Origin: an uncultured Planctomycetia bacterium
Lineage (GTDB): Bacteria; Planctomycetota; Planctomycetia; Pirellulales; Thermoguttaceae
Length of the DNA: 64,000 nt
Assembly: GCA_963815695.1 (NCBI GenBank)
Contig: CAWFIG010000022.1
Span: 96,648-160,647 of the forward strand
Reading direction: 5' to 3'
The translations under genes were made by a program, and so were the position numbers. Positions within the stretch are counted from its first letter, which is position 1; every line of letters starts with the position of its first letter. The notes beneath the pieces are model-generated. The model made no database searches. It saw only the letters and a program-made list of their open reading frames with translations, and was not told the origin of the DNA. Shown here piece by piece: positions 30,937 through 41,993 of this stretch.

Positions 30937-33263
30937 ATGGCAGGTTCGGGATTTGCGATTTCCAATCTTCCATTGCTGGTCTTCTGTTTGTCCTTTTCGC
31001 CGCGGTTTTCCCCGCGGCCGCTTCCGCACAGGAGATCAAGCCGCCGAAGATCGTCGGCGTGCGGGTTGGAATCGCCGATCGCTACAAGGCGGGATTGTGG
31101 ACGCAGGTGGAAGTGACGCTGTTGGGCGGGAGCGAAATGCTTACCGGCGAGGTGTCGGTGATTGTGCCCGACGGCGACGGCGTGCCCGGCTGCGTCTCGA
31201 CGCCGCCGAGCAGGCCGTGCCAGGTCTTGCCGGGCCAGACGACGCCCGTTCGGCTGGTCACCCGCTTCGGCCGCGTCGACGGCGACCTGCAGGCCGAGTT
31301 CCGCGTCGGCGGCGCGTCTGGTCGCCGAGCCGAACGTTCGAGGCCGGCGTGCAGGCCGACGGCGAGCACTTCGCCGAGGCGATCGAACTGCAGGAAGCTC
31401 GATCGTTTCGCGTGGGCGACTCGTCGCTGGACGTGGCAGGGCGAGGCGCAAGCCCGACGGTCTCGATCCGGAAGCCAAGCCGGTCGTCGCTCAGCGTGAC
31501 GACATCGAGCGGCTGCCGAGCCAGTGGTGCGCCTACGAAGGCGTCGATGCGGTCATCCTTTCGACCAGCCGGCCGGAAATCTACCGCAAGCTGGCCGCCA
31601 ACAATGCACGGGTGCAGGCGCTCGACCAATGGGTGCGCATGGGGGGCGGTTGGTGTTGTGCGTCGGTTCGCAGGGCGACGAAATCCTGGCCGAGGGCTCG
31701 CCGCTGGGCGAGTTCGCCCCCGGCCGGCTCGAGAAGATCGTTACACTGCGCCAAACCGGGGCGATCGAGACCTACTGCGGAGGCCGCTCGTCGATCGCCC
31801 AGACGGCCGGACGGCAAGCCGAAGCTGCAGGTCTCGCGGCTGGCCGACGTCCAGGGCGTCGTCGAAGCCGACGAGCGCGGCGCTGCCGCTGGTGATTCGC
31901 ACCGCGCGGGCTTCGGCCAGGTGATCTTCGTCGCCGTCGACCTCGACCAATCGCCGCTGAACAAATGGCCGGACCGGCCGCTGCTGGTGGCCCAGCTGCT
32001 CGACCTGCCGACCGTGCGCAGCGACGAGTCGGCAGCGGAGAACGCGGCCATGATGCACTACGGCTACAGCGATCTGGCCGGCCAGTTGCGCAGCGGCCTC
32101 GGACCGATTCACGCGGCGTCCAGCTCGTGCCGTTCTGGCTCGTGGCGGGCCTGATCGTCGGATACATCCTCCTGATCGGGCCGGGCGACTATTTCTTCCT
32201 TCGCAAAGTCGTCGGCCGCATGGAATGGACGTGGCTGACGTTTCCGCTGATCGTCGTGCTGGTGTGCGTCGGCCGCCTACGTTCTGGCCTATCGGCTCAA
32301 AGGCAATCAGCTTCGCGTGAACCAGATCGATCTGGTCGACGTGGACGCGGCGTCGGGCGAGATGCGCGGCGACGACCTGGATGAACGTTTTCAGCCCGCG
32401 GATGGAATCGTTCGATTTCACCGTCGAGCCGCGCGAGGCCGACGGCCAGCCGTCGCCGAACGCCCGCGTGTGGATGGCCTGGCTGGGCTTGCCGGGCGGC
32501 GGGCTGGGCGGCATGAATCCGCACGCCAACGGCCCGTGCTCTGGACCGAGCAATTCCGCTACGCGACCGAACTCGACGCGTTGTACGGCGTGCCGATCCA
32601 GGTCTGGTCGACCAAGAGCCTCACCGCCCGCTGGGAGCGCCCAGCCGCGGCTTGTCCCGCGGCCGATTTGACCGAGAGCCGATCGCCTTCTTACCGGCTC
32701 GATCACCAACACGCTTCCCTTTCCGCTCGCGCGACTGCGTATTGCTGCACGGCGGATCGGCCTATGAGCTCGGCACGCTCTCGCCCGGCGAGTCGGTTCG
32801 CTTGGGTCCGACGGCCAAGCGGAGTGGAACTGAAGACGTTCTTGACCGCGAAAGGTCATCGGCGAAGGCGACGACGCTGTCGCAGCAGGCCACGCCCTAT
32901 GACCAGTCGAGCATGAATCTCGGCTACATCCTGCGGGCGATGATGTTTTACGAGGCGGCCGGCGGGCGCCGCTACACCGGCCTGTTGGAACAGCTACCAG
33001 GAGTTCGTCGATCTGAGCGACTTGCTGAAGACCGGCCGGGCGATCCTGTTCGCCGAGGCGCCCATCGCCCGCCGCCGAAGGACACCAAGGCGCCGACGCT
33101 GCTGCGGCAGACGGCCAAGCCGCTGGCCGGCCCGCAAGATCGGCACGAAACGATCTATCGCTTCATTTTTCCCGTAAAAACCGGACAATTGGCCGAGCGA
33201 GTAACAACGCGCGGCATGAACCGTCCCGCGCCATACTGCCCACTGCCCACTACGCCATCATGA
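30937..33263 (+). CDS. large hypothetical secreted/membrane protein, many apparent frameshifts; both ends approximate
   Basis: Signal-like LLFVLFAAVFPAAASAQE. Fragments 30888..31499, 31162..32154 (AYEGVDAVILSTSRPEIYRKLAANNARVQALDQWVRMGG), 31965..32384 (TM helices LVPFWLVAGLIVGYILLIGPGDYFFLRKVVGRMEWTWLTFPLIVVLV), 32317..32916 and 32652..33263. No family recognised. Confidence 0.45.
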
Positions 33264-34187
33264 TCAAAGACCCAAGACCTCACCAAAGTCTACGGCACGC
33301 TGCACGCCATCAAGAATCTCAACCTCGATCTGGCCGAGGGGGACCTGTTCGGCTTCATCGGCCCGAACGGTTCGGGCAAGACGACGACGATGCGCATTCT
33401 GGCCACGCTCTTGCAGCCCACCTGGGGCGAGGCGAGCGTCTGCGGCCACTCGATCTACACCCATCCGAAGGACATTCGCCGCCTGATCGGCTACATGCCC
33501 GACTTCTTCGGCGTCTACGACGACATGAAGGTGATCGAGTACCTGGAGTTTTTCGCCGCGGCCTATCGCATCAAGGGGCCCGCGCGGCGGAAGATCTGCG
33601 ACGAAGTGCTGGAACTGGTCGATCTGGGCTACAAGCGCGAGGCGTTCGTCACCAGCCTGTCGCGCGGCATGACGCAGCGGCTCGGCCTGGCCCGCGTGCT
33701 GCTGCACGATCCCAAGGTGCTGCTGCTGGACGAGCCGGCCAGCGGCTTGGACCCCCGCGCCGGATCGAGATCCGCGGCCTGCTGAAGGAGCTTCGCAAGA
33801 TGGGCAAGACCATCATGGTCTCCAGCCACATCCTGCCCGAGTTGGCCGACATCTGCAACAAGGTCGGCATCATCGAGCGCGGCGAGCTGCTGTTCAACGG
33901 CACGGTGGCCGACGTGATGAAGCAGGTCCGCCAGCGGATGCTCCTGAACGTCGGCGTCGTCGGCGACCAGGAGCCGGCCGCCCGGCTGTTGGAGCAGAGC
34001 CCCCTGGTCGAAAAGGTGGAGCTCAACGACGGCCACATCTCCGTCACGCTGGCCGAGAACGTCACCGACTACAGCGACCTGCCCACCGCTGCTGATCGAC
34101 GCCGGCTTCAAGCTGAGGCTCTTCCGCGAAGACGAGCTAAACCTCGAAACGGCGTTCATGGCGCTGACCAAGGGGATTACGGCGTGA
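33260..34187 (+). CDS. ABC transporter ATP-binding protein, apparent frameshifts
   Basis: ORF 33390..33785 (LSRGMTQRLGLARVLLHDPKVLLLDEPASGLDP). Walker A GPNGSGKTTT by manual translation of 33361-33390. ORF 33260..34207 tail (KTIMVSSHILPELADICNKVGIIERGELLF). Restored end LNLETAFMALTKGITA-stop. Confidence 0.85.
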
Positions 34188-34195
34188 TGAAGCGG

Positions 34196-34546
34196 CTACA
34201 ACAGTAGGTTGCAAAGGCAGCAACAATGCCTCCGTAGAGTCGCAAAGGCGAGAGTCGCCGCGGCAATGCCACGCCGCCATCTGCCTCGCCAAAGATTCCT
34301 TCCAGCGAACAGAAAGAGACATCCCAGGGCGAGCATCGCCGCGGTCGTAACAACAACGTATCCAATTTCGGACACCAACATCTGGTGGTCGCACCTCGGA
34401 CGAATTCGCCACCCCTCGAAGACAAGCCGCCAGGGAATTACCGCGAGTTGTGCGAGGCCGATTATGAGTGTGCCACCACCGTACAGGTAAAGGAGCGTAA
34501 CCGGAATCACACGCCAGCGGATATCGGCGTCGGACCGCGGGGGCAT
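34196..34546 (-). CDS. hypothetical small membrane protein
   Basis: Intact 116-aa ORF with 3 predicted hydrophobic helices (VIPVTLLYLYGGGTLIIGLAQLAVIPW; IGYVVVTTAAMLALGCLFLFAG). No family recognised. Confidence 0.35.
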   Translation of the reverse strand: MPPRSDADIRWRVIPVTLLYLYGGGTLIIGLAQLAVIPWRLVFEGWRIRPRCDHQMLVSEIGYVVVTTAAMLALGCLFLFAGRNLWRGRWRRGIAAATLAFATLRRHCCCLCNLLL

Positions 34547-34673
34547 CTGTCGCTGGCCTTTCGCGCCGTTTCCTGTGGGTGCGAGTGGCGAACGATAGGG
34601 ATTGCCTTCATTCGGGCTCGGTCTTCATCTCGTCTTCATCCGATCCGTGACACTCCACAAGCCGCTCGCTCCC

Positions 34674-34707
34674 CGGTTAATCCCTAATCCCTAATCCCTA
34701 ATCCCTC

Positions 34708-34708
<1 letters not shown>
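34674..34708. repeat. heptamer tandem array (TCCCTAA)x3 plus 2 degenerate units
   Basis: cggttaa tccctaa tccctaa tccctaa tccctct. The last unit overlaps the pgi stop codon (34708-34710). Confidence 0.9.
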
Positions 34709-36120
<1,412 letters not shown>

Positions 36121-36148
36121 GGGAGTGGTCAGTGGTTAGGGGTTAGGA
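36121..36148. repeat. heptamer tandem array (GGGAGTG GTCAGTG GTTAGGG GTTAGGA)
   Basis: Begins at the nucleotide after the pgi start codon. The last two units are the inverted form of the TCCCTAA array at the other end of pgi. Confidence 0.85.
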
Positions 36149-36431
36149 TCAGTTTAGCCGCCGCGTCTCGCGAGCGAGCCAGGGTCTCGCTGTTGACGGG
36201 TGGCACGTCACACTGCCGTCCCGACATGCAGGAAACGCTCGAATCGCCAGTGCAACTGCATCCCAACGTGGTCGAGAATCGTTCAGCTCGCCGCGTCCAC
36301 ACGGCGAACGCTGCGAAGGACGTTTCCTTCGCGGAATCGCGACTGCTCGCCTTCCCCCTTCCGCCTTCCCCCTTCTTTTGTTACCGTGAAACATTCTATC
36401 GACCCGAGCAGGAAAATAAAGGAGCCCCATC

Positions 36432-37643
36432 ATGGATATCCAACAACTCGTCCGCGAACTGAAGATCGCAGAACAAGTCGAAAATCGTCATGCTCGTGGC
36501 CGACGGGCTGGGCGGACTGCCGATCGAACCGGGCGGACCGACCGAACTGGAGGCCGCCAAAACCCCGAATTTGGACAACTTGGCAAAACGCGGGGTCCAG
36601 GGAAGCATGTATCCCATCGCTCCAGGCATCACACCCGGCAGCGGACCGGGACACTTGGGCCTGTTCGGCTACGATCCGGTCAAACACCTGATCGGCCGCG
36701 GGGCGTTCGAGGCCACCGGCGTCGGCTTCAAGCTCGGGCCGAAGGACGTGGCCGTCCGCTGCAATTTCTGCACGCTGGACGCCGCCGGCAACATCACCGA
36801 CCGCCGCGCCGGCCGGATCCCCAGCGAGGAGAGCGGCCCGCTGGCCATCAAGCTCCGGCAGGTGAAGGTGCCGGGCGTCGAGGTGTTCGTCGAGCCGGTC
36901 AAGGAGCATCGCTTCGTCGTCGTTTTCCGCGGCGAGGGGCTCGGCGGCAACGTGGCCGACACCGATCCGCAGCAGACCGGCGTGCCGCCGCTGGATCCGG
37001 TCGCCCACGACGCAGCAGAGCCAGCGAACGGCCGAGGTGGCCAAGCAGTTCATCGCCGGGGCCGCAGAAACTCTTGGCCGGCGAGACGAAGGCCAACGGG
37101 CTGACGATGCGCGGCTTTTCGGCCGCCCCGATGATCGACAGCTACGCCGACGTCTACGGGCTGAAGGCCGCCGCGATCGCCGTCTATCCGATGTACAAGG
37201 GCCTGGCCCAACTGGTCGGCATGGAGGTGGTCGGCACAGCCGACGACGCTGGCCGAGGAGATCGACGTGCTGGAGAAGGCGTGGAACGACTACGATTTCT
37301 TCTTCGTCCACTTCAAGTACACCGACAGCCGCGGCGAGGACGGCAATTTTCGCCGAGAAGGTGCAAGATGATCGAGCAGTTCGACGCGATCGTGCCGCGC
37401 GTCGTGGCCCTGAAGCCGACGGTGCTGATCGTCACCGGCGACCACAGCACGCCCGCCCGGCTGGCCAGCCACAGTTGGCATCCGGTGCCGACGCTGTTGG
37501 TCTCCGAGACGTGCCGGCCCGACGGCCTGACGGCCTTCGGCGAGAGGCAGGCGCTGCAAGGCGGCCTGGGCCATTTCGCCGCAGTGAACCTCATGCCGCT
37601 GGCCCTGGCCCACGCCGAACGGCTGGGCAAGTTCGGGGCGTAG
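36432..37643 (+). CDS. apgM: cofactor-independent (archaeal-type) phosphoglycerate mutase, multiple apparent frameshifts
   Basis: MDIQQLVRELKIAEQ (36432) joins ORF 36490..37104 (MLVADGLGGLP...AKTPNLDNLAKRG...PGSGPGHLGLFGYDP...DRRAGRI). ORF 36432..37643 tail (TVLIVTGDHSTPARLASHSWHPVP). Confidence 0.85.
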   Translation: MDIQQLVRELKIAEQVENRHARGRRAGRTADRTGRTDRTGGRQNPEFGQLGKTRGPGKHVSHRSRHHTRQRTGTLGPVRLRSGQTPDRPRGVRGHRRRLQARAEGRGRPLQFLHAGRRRQHHRPPRRPDPQRGERPAGHQAPAGEGAGRRGVRRAGQGASLRRRFPRRGARRQRGRHRSAADRRAAAGSGRPRRSRASERPRWPSSSSPGPQKLLAGETKANGLTMRGFSAAPMIDSYADVYGLKAAAIAVYPMYKGLAQLVGMEVVGTADDAGRGDRRAGEGVERLRFLLRPLQVHRQPRRGRQFSPRRCKMIEQFDAIVPRVVALKPTVLIVTGDHSTPARLASHSWHPVPTLLVSETCRPDGLTAFGERQALQGGLGHFAAVNLMPLALAHAERLGKFGA

Positions 37644-37986
37644 AGAAGTGATTAATCGCCACAGAGGCACGGAGGCCACGGGTGAAGGACGAAGAACGGT
37701 CAAGAAGAACAGCCGGGGGCCAACGGCCCGCGGAGGAACTGCCCAATCGTCTCCGGGCCGTGAACGGACGCTAGTTCCTCGCGCTTCGTCGTCTGCCGAT
37801 CCGTCGCCCCCTCCCCTGCCCTGCCCTCCCCGTTCTTGGCAGCTGACGTCCTTCTGCTTCGCGAAGCTCGGACAAACAACAGACCGACCGAGGTGAGCCA
37901 GATTGCCAGAGCGATGCAGTTGCGCCCGGTTCAAATGTCGCTCCTTTTTCGATAGTGATGGAGAGTAGCTGTCGCCCTCGAGTATG

Positions 37987-38846
37987 CTATCCTTGCAGCC
38001 GCCGACTTTCAGACACTTTGCCAGAACGTCGCGGCGGGAGGGACTCCGGCAGAAAGTACCGCACGCTGCCGTCGGCGAGCGGGCGTGCGCGCCGCACCCG
38101 TGCGATAGGTATAGAAGAAGTTGGTCGGATTGCCGTCTGGCTCGGAATCGTCATGGCGCGCCGGGCCATTACGAGTCGCTTCGGCGCCTAACGGAGAGGT
38201 CTTTCGGCTCCGTCCAACTGATGCCGGACTCAGCAACCTCGACCACTATGATCGTTTCGTGTGACGGAGCAAGATCGACAGCCTTTCTCGGCGTCGTCCC
38301 CCTCCACGCCGCGTTGCGTCCAACCACGGCAACGTAACTCGTTGGGCCAGCATCCGACCACCATGCGTTTCCATCGCTTGGACATACATATTCCCGAGGA
38401 CGAGCCGCCAGCAACTTCTTGTTGTTCGGTCCGTTCCAGGGTTCGTTGAACGAATATCGTTTGTACAAGGAGCCATATCCAAGATATGGCAAGATCAGCA
38501 CCCGCCAACTGTGCATGGGGCGTCCGTTTTTGTCAGCGATGTATGCCGGTGGGTAGCATCCGTTCGCCTTTTCGTAGTCGTATAGTGCCAGGGCGATCTG
38601 TTTCAGGTTGTTTGTACACTGAACTCGCCGGGCGACCGGGCGACAATTGGCCATTGCCGGCAACAGGGCGGCAGCAACCAGGACGAGCAGGGCCACAGAC
38701 CAGAACAGCACCATCCACGAGCGGGCGACAGCGATTGCCAATAAGAGGAGGATGGCGAAGGCAAGAACTCCTAGCGTCCCGAACACCGCCAGCGTTGACC
38801 AGAGGACGACGAACAGCAAGAAAAGCGTGCTGAGGCGAAATTGCAT
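37987..38846 (-). CDS. DUF1559-like protein with atypical multi-TM N-terminus (paralog 1), apparent frameshifts at the 3' end
   Basis: From ATG 38846: MQFRLSTLFLLFVVLWSTLAVFGTLGVLAFAILLLLAIAV...LLPAMANCRPVARRVQCTNNLKQIALALYDYEKANGCYPPAYI...HSWRVLILPYLGY. C-terminal LADGSVRYF in ORF 37987..38169. Confidence 0.65.
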
Positions 38847-38965
38847 GGTTGGCGGTCCCTTCCGGGAGCTGTTAGCTCCCCGCTGGGCTCGCAAGACCTG
38901 CGTAGTCTCCGGAAAACGGCGACTCAGTTTGGTGCGATTTTTGTTCCGTGTCGGCGGAGCCTGCT

Positions 38966-39236
38966 GCTCCACCGGCCCCGTGCCGGTGGACAGACGATTG
39001 GCCACTACCGAGGGCTTGCACAACTCCACGTCGCTCCACCGGCCCTGTGCCGGTGGGCGAAACGATTGGCCGCTTCCACGCCCGGCCCGCACAATCATTC
39101 GCTCCACCGGCGCGGGGCCGGTGGGGGCGATGACGCGAGACCTTTGCGGCTGTAGTGGCCAATCATTCGCTCCGCCGACGCGGTGTCGGCGGGGGCGGAG
39201 CGTTGCAACGAAAACCGTATCATTGGCCCGCTCCCC
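38966..39236. repeat. tandem array of four 67-68-bp units, each with an 8-bp-stem hairpin
   Basis: Units start at 38966, 39033, 39101 and 39169. Each begins GCTCCACCGGC-N5-GCCGGTGG. Unit 4 has CCGCCGAC-gcggt-GTCGGCGG, i.e. two compensatory base-pair changes. Confidence 0.85.
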
Positions 39237-39268
39237 ATACGTCGAGTTTTGCGCAGCCCACCTTCCGG

Positions 39269-40374
39269 CTATTCTTGCTGTTCTGTCTGCGTTTGTCCAG
39301 GTTCGTCTGCGGTCCCCTGCCCTGCCCTTACGGCGGCGAGGTTTGCGGTGAGCCGTTTTCCGCTTCGCCAAGCGCGGGACATCAGCAGGCTGACGGCCCC
39401 CAGCCATATAGCTAAGGCAATGCAGTTCGCCCAGTCCGGTTTCGGGGACTCAATCGCCTCGTGTTCGGCGCGTTCGTCGGGAAAGGGATCTTGATAGTCC
39501 GCTCTACCGATTCGCAAACGCTCCGAAAGGACATGCTTCGGGATATGTCCGAAATCAAGACACTCTGCATGTCCGTCTGCAAATATGGCATTGGAGTATG
39601 GGTTGACATGCGGAGTGGCGTTAAAGAAGGCCTTCGGGCCGACGTGCTGGCACGAGATCCTCAGCGGCGACGTAGAACTCCCCGCTCCAACCAAAGTCGC
39701 GACGTCGAGATCTCTGGGCTCGGTCCATCGGATGCCGGCGTGGGCGACTTCGACCAGCAGGATCGTCTTGTCCGCCGGGGCGAGATCAGCGGTCTTGTTC
39801 GCTTTCTCTCCCGCCCAAGCCGCATCAGGGCCGACCACCGCGACATAGCTCGTCAGAGCATCTTCCGACGACGGTGCCGATTCGGCGCCAGGGCAGATAA
39901 ACACGTCGGGACGAGCCGCCAACAACTTCCTGTTGTTCGGGCCGTCCCAAGGCTCATCAAATGAATATCGCTTGTACAGAGAATGGTACCCCAGGTACGG
40001 CAAAATCAGAACTCGCCAGCTATGCGCGGATGCCCATTCTTGCCGGCAACAAACGCCGGCGGGTAACAACCGTTCGCTGTCTCATATTGCCGTAGTGCCA
40101 GGGAGATCTGCTTTAGATGATTGATACACTCACACCGCCGAGCTTGCTGGGCGAATCGGAATTCATTGCGAACCGGCAGCACGACGGCAAAGGTGAAGAT
40201 GACCATTAGCGTGGCCAGAGCCGCACACCAGCCAAATGCCGCCCACGACCGTGCAATCCCAATCGCCAGCGCAAGGATCGGAAAAAAGACGAGAAGCCCC
40301 CCCAGACCGAACACCGCCAGCGACGACCAGAGCACCACAAACAGGAGCAGGAGCGTGCTCAGGCAAAATTGCAT
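39269..40374 (-). CDS. DUF1559-like protein with atypical multi-TM N-terminus (paralog 2), one apparent frameshift near 40040
   Basis: ORF 40006..40374 (MQFCLSTLLLLFVVLWSSLAVFGLGGLLVFFPILALAIGIA...RRCECINHLKQISLALRQYETANGCYPPAFV) joined to ORF 39269..40069 (HSWRVLILPYLGYHSLYKRYSFDEPWDGPNNRKLL...IFADGHAECL...). C-terminal TM helix. Confidence 0.7.
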
Positions 40375-40453
40375 GACGGGTAACTCCTTCCGCGGGCCGT
40401 TGACGCCCGGCTATTGTTCTTGATTCACCCGCGTTTGTTATGCCCTGCGGTAA

Positions 40454-40568
40454 CCGTTCACTGGGCGGCAAGGGGACGGAGGAGGTTTTCGGAGAAATAT
40501 CTCCTCCTGCGGCGGATACTGTCGCCGAAAACCTCCTCCGTCCCCCTCTGTTTCCGGCCTGTGAACGC
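40454..40568 (+). repeat. MITE-like hairpin element, copy B (115 nt)
   Basis: Perfect 21-bp internal stem ggggacggaggaggttttcgg / ccgaaaacctcctccgtcccc. Outer inverted ends cgttcac / gtgaacg. Aligns with the reverse complement of 15991-16102. Confidence 0.85.
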
Positions 40569-40621
40569 TTGCTGCCCTGCGACGTATTGTCCTTCGTGTT
40601 CTTCGTGTCCTTCGTGGATCG

Positions 40622-41851
40622 CTATGGTACGAGTCGGGCGTCGAGCCAGTCGGCGTGGTCGAGGACGTCGGCGCGGTCGGCGTAATCGACTAGTAGTTCT
40701 AGCTTCTTCGCGCCGCGAACATCGACGGAAACCGGCAGCGGGGCGTCGCCGCCGCGGACGATTGGACTGGTGAAACGTTCCTGGCCATCGACCAGGACGC
40801 GGAAGATCACGCTGCCGCGGCCTGGCGGTCGAGTCGTCGATGCCGACCTTGGCCTCGAAACGATGGAAACGACTTGGAAATTTCGGAGACTTGGGGATCC
40901 GCAGCCTCTGACCCCTGACCCCTGACCCCTGACCCCTCAGCTGCCCTTACCCCCTGCCCCTCTCCCACCGGCGGAAGAGGGGAGATTGTGTAGACCAGCC
41001 GGGCGGCGCTGTGAACGCCGAGGCCTTTCAGATAAAGCTGGCCGCTCGCAGCGGAGCATGCCGCCGGTGACGTTGCGGTCGCGGCGATACGGCCACGGCA
41101 GGCGAGGAACGGCGTTTGGCGATACTCGGCCGGCTTGAGGTCGGAGAGATAGACGGCGCGGCCGCCAGCGGTTGAAGGAAGACGAGCGGCGAGCGCTTGG
41201 CCCGTAAGCGTTTGGCCGGCGGCCGTGATTTTCAGCGAATCGCCTTCGAGCAACAATTCCGTGGCCAACAGCCGGCTGCCGTCGCTGAAGCCTGCCCAGA
41301 CTCGCAGCGAGTCGGGCTTGACGGCCAGTTTTCGCCGCAAGGCGGGGTTGAAGAGGATGGCCGTGATGCGGTCGGTCTTGACTTCGGACCGGCGCCGGCG
41401 TCGGTCTTCAACGTGACGGCGTCGTCGGCGATGCCCTCGAAGAGGCCGGCAAGCTCGTCGCCGTTGTCCAACAGCAGGCGGTCGGAGTCTCCGGCGGCGT
41501 TGGAGAGGCGATCGAGCAATAAGTCGTGCTGCTGGCGGTCGGACAGGCGCGAAGGACGATGCCGGCCAGCACGTCGAGCGGCAGCTTCAGCGTTCCGAAC
41601 AGATCGGAATCGGCGGTGAGCCGGTCCTTGTCGGCGGCGACCACCTCGGCCGTCAAGCAGGCTGCCGTCGGCCAAGACGAGCCCCCCTGCCCTGCCCTGC
41701 TCCGGGCATTGTCCCCAGCGGACCAGATCGGCCGCCGGCATGGTGCGTCGCTCGTTGCCGACGGCGAAGGTGAGTTGCCAGTTGGGCGTCGACGGCGACC
41801 AGCTTCGCCGCGGAACGGCTCGCCGTCGACGGGAACGGCCACGGGGCGCAT
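40622..41851 (-). CDS. NPCBM/NEW2-domain protein, frameshifted and carrying a repeat insertion
   Basis: C-terminal ORF 40622..40810 (IFRVLVDGQERFTSPIVRGGDAPLPVSVDVRGAKKLELLVDYADRADVLDHADWLDARLV). Upstream fragments 40807..41340 (YLKGLGVHSAARLVYT), 41232..41906 and 41408..42025. Start MRPVAVPVDGEPF at 41851. Confidence 0.6.
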
Positions 41852-41871
41852 CGGCGCGGACAGAGGGAAGC

Positions 41872-41962
41872 AATGCAAAATGCAAATTGAAAAATGCAAA
41901 ATGCAAATCTGAAATTCGAAATTGGAGATTTCAAATTCGAAATTGAAGATTTGAGATTGAAG
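41872..41962. repeat. AT-rich heptamer tandem array, 13 units in perfect register
   Basis: aatgcaa aatgcaa attgaaa aatgcaa aatgcaa atctgaa attcgaa attggag atttcaa attcgaa attgaag atttgag attgaag (91 nt = 13 x 7). Confidence 0.95.
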
Positions 41963-41993
41963 CTTCGCATCACGCCCTCGTCTCCTCTCAGTC

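Noticed and set aside
37915-37940. tRNA-like T-arm string (ggttcaaat)
   Set aside because: It does not continue as GGTTCRANYCC with a matching acceptor or T stem. No cloverleaf can be drawn from the surrounding sequence.
38966-39236. Possible CRISPR array (regularly spaced hairpin-containing repeats)
   Set aside because: There are only four units. The repeats differ from each other, and the 'spacers' share sequence and inverted segments with one another. Unit length is 67-68 bp with a 24-nt conserved part. No cas genes occur in the window. It fits a tandem REP-like array better.
38847-39407. N-terminal 187 residues of the 412-aa ORF 38169..39407
   Set aside because: This part is read-through of the 67-68-bp hairpin array and intergenic DNA. 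The paralogous gene shows the true start is MQF(R/C)LSTL at 38846.
40590-40622. Short 9-10-nt tandem repeat (tccttcgtgt tcttcgtgt ccttcgtgg) as a member of the heptamer families
   Set aside because: The period is 9-10 rather than 7, and only three units are present. Recorded as low-complexity sequence next to the MITE-like element, not as a separate finding.
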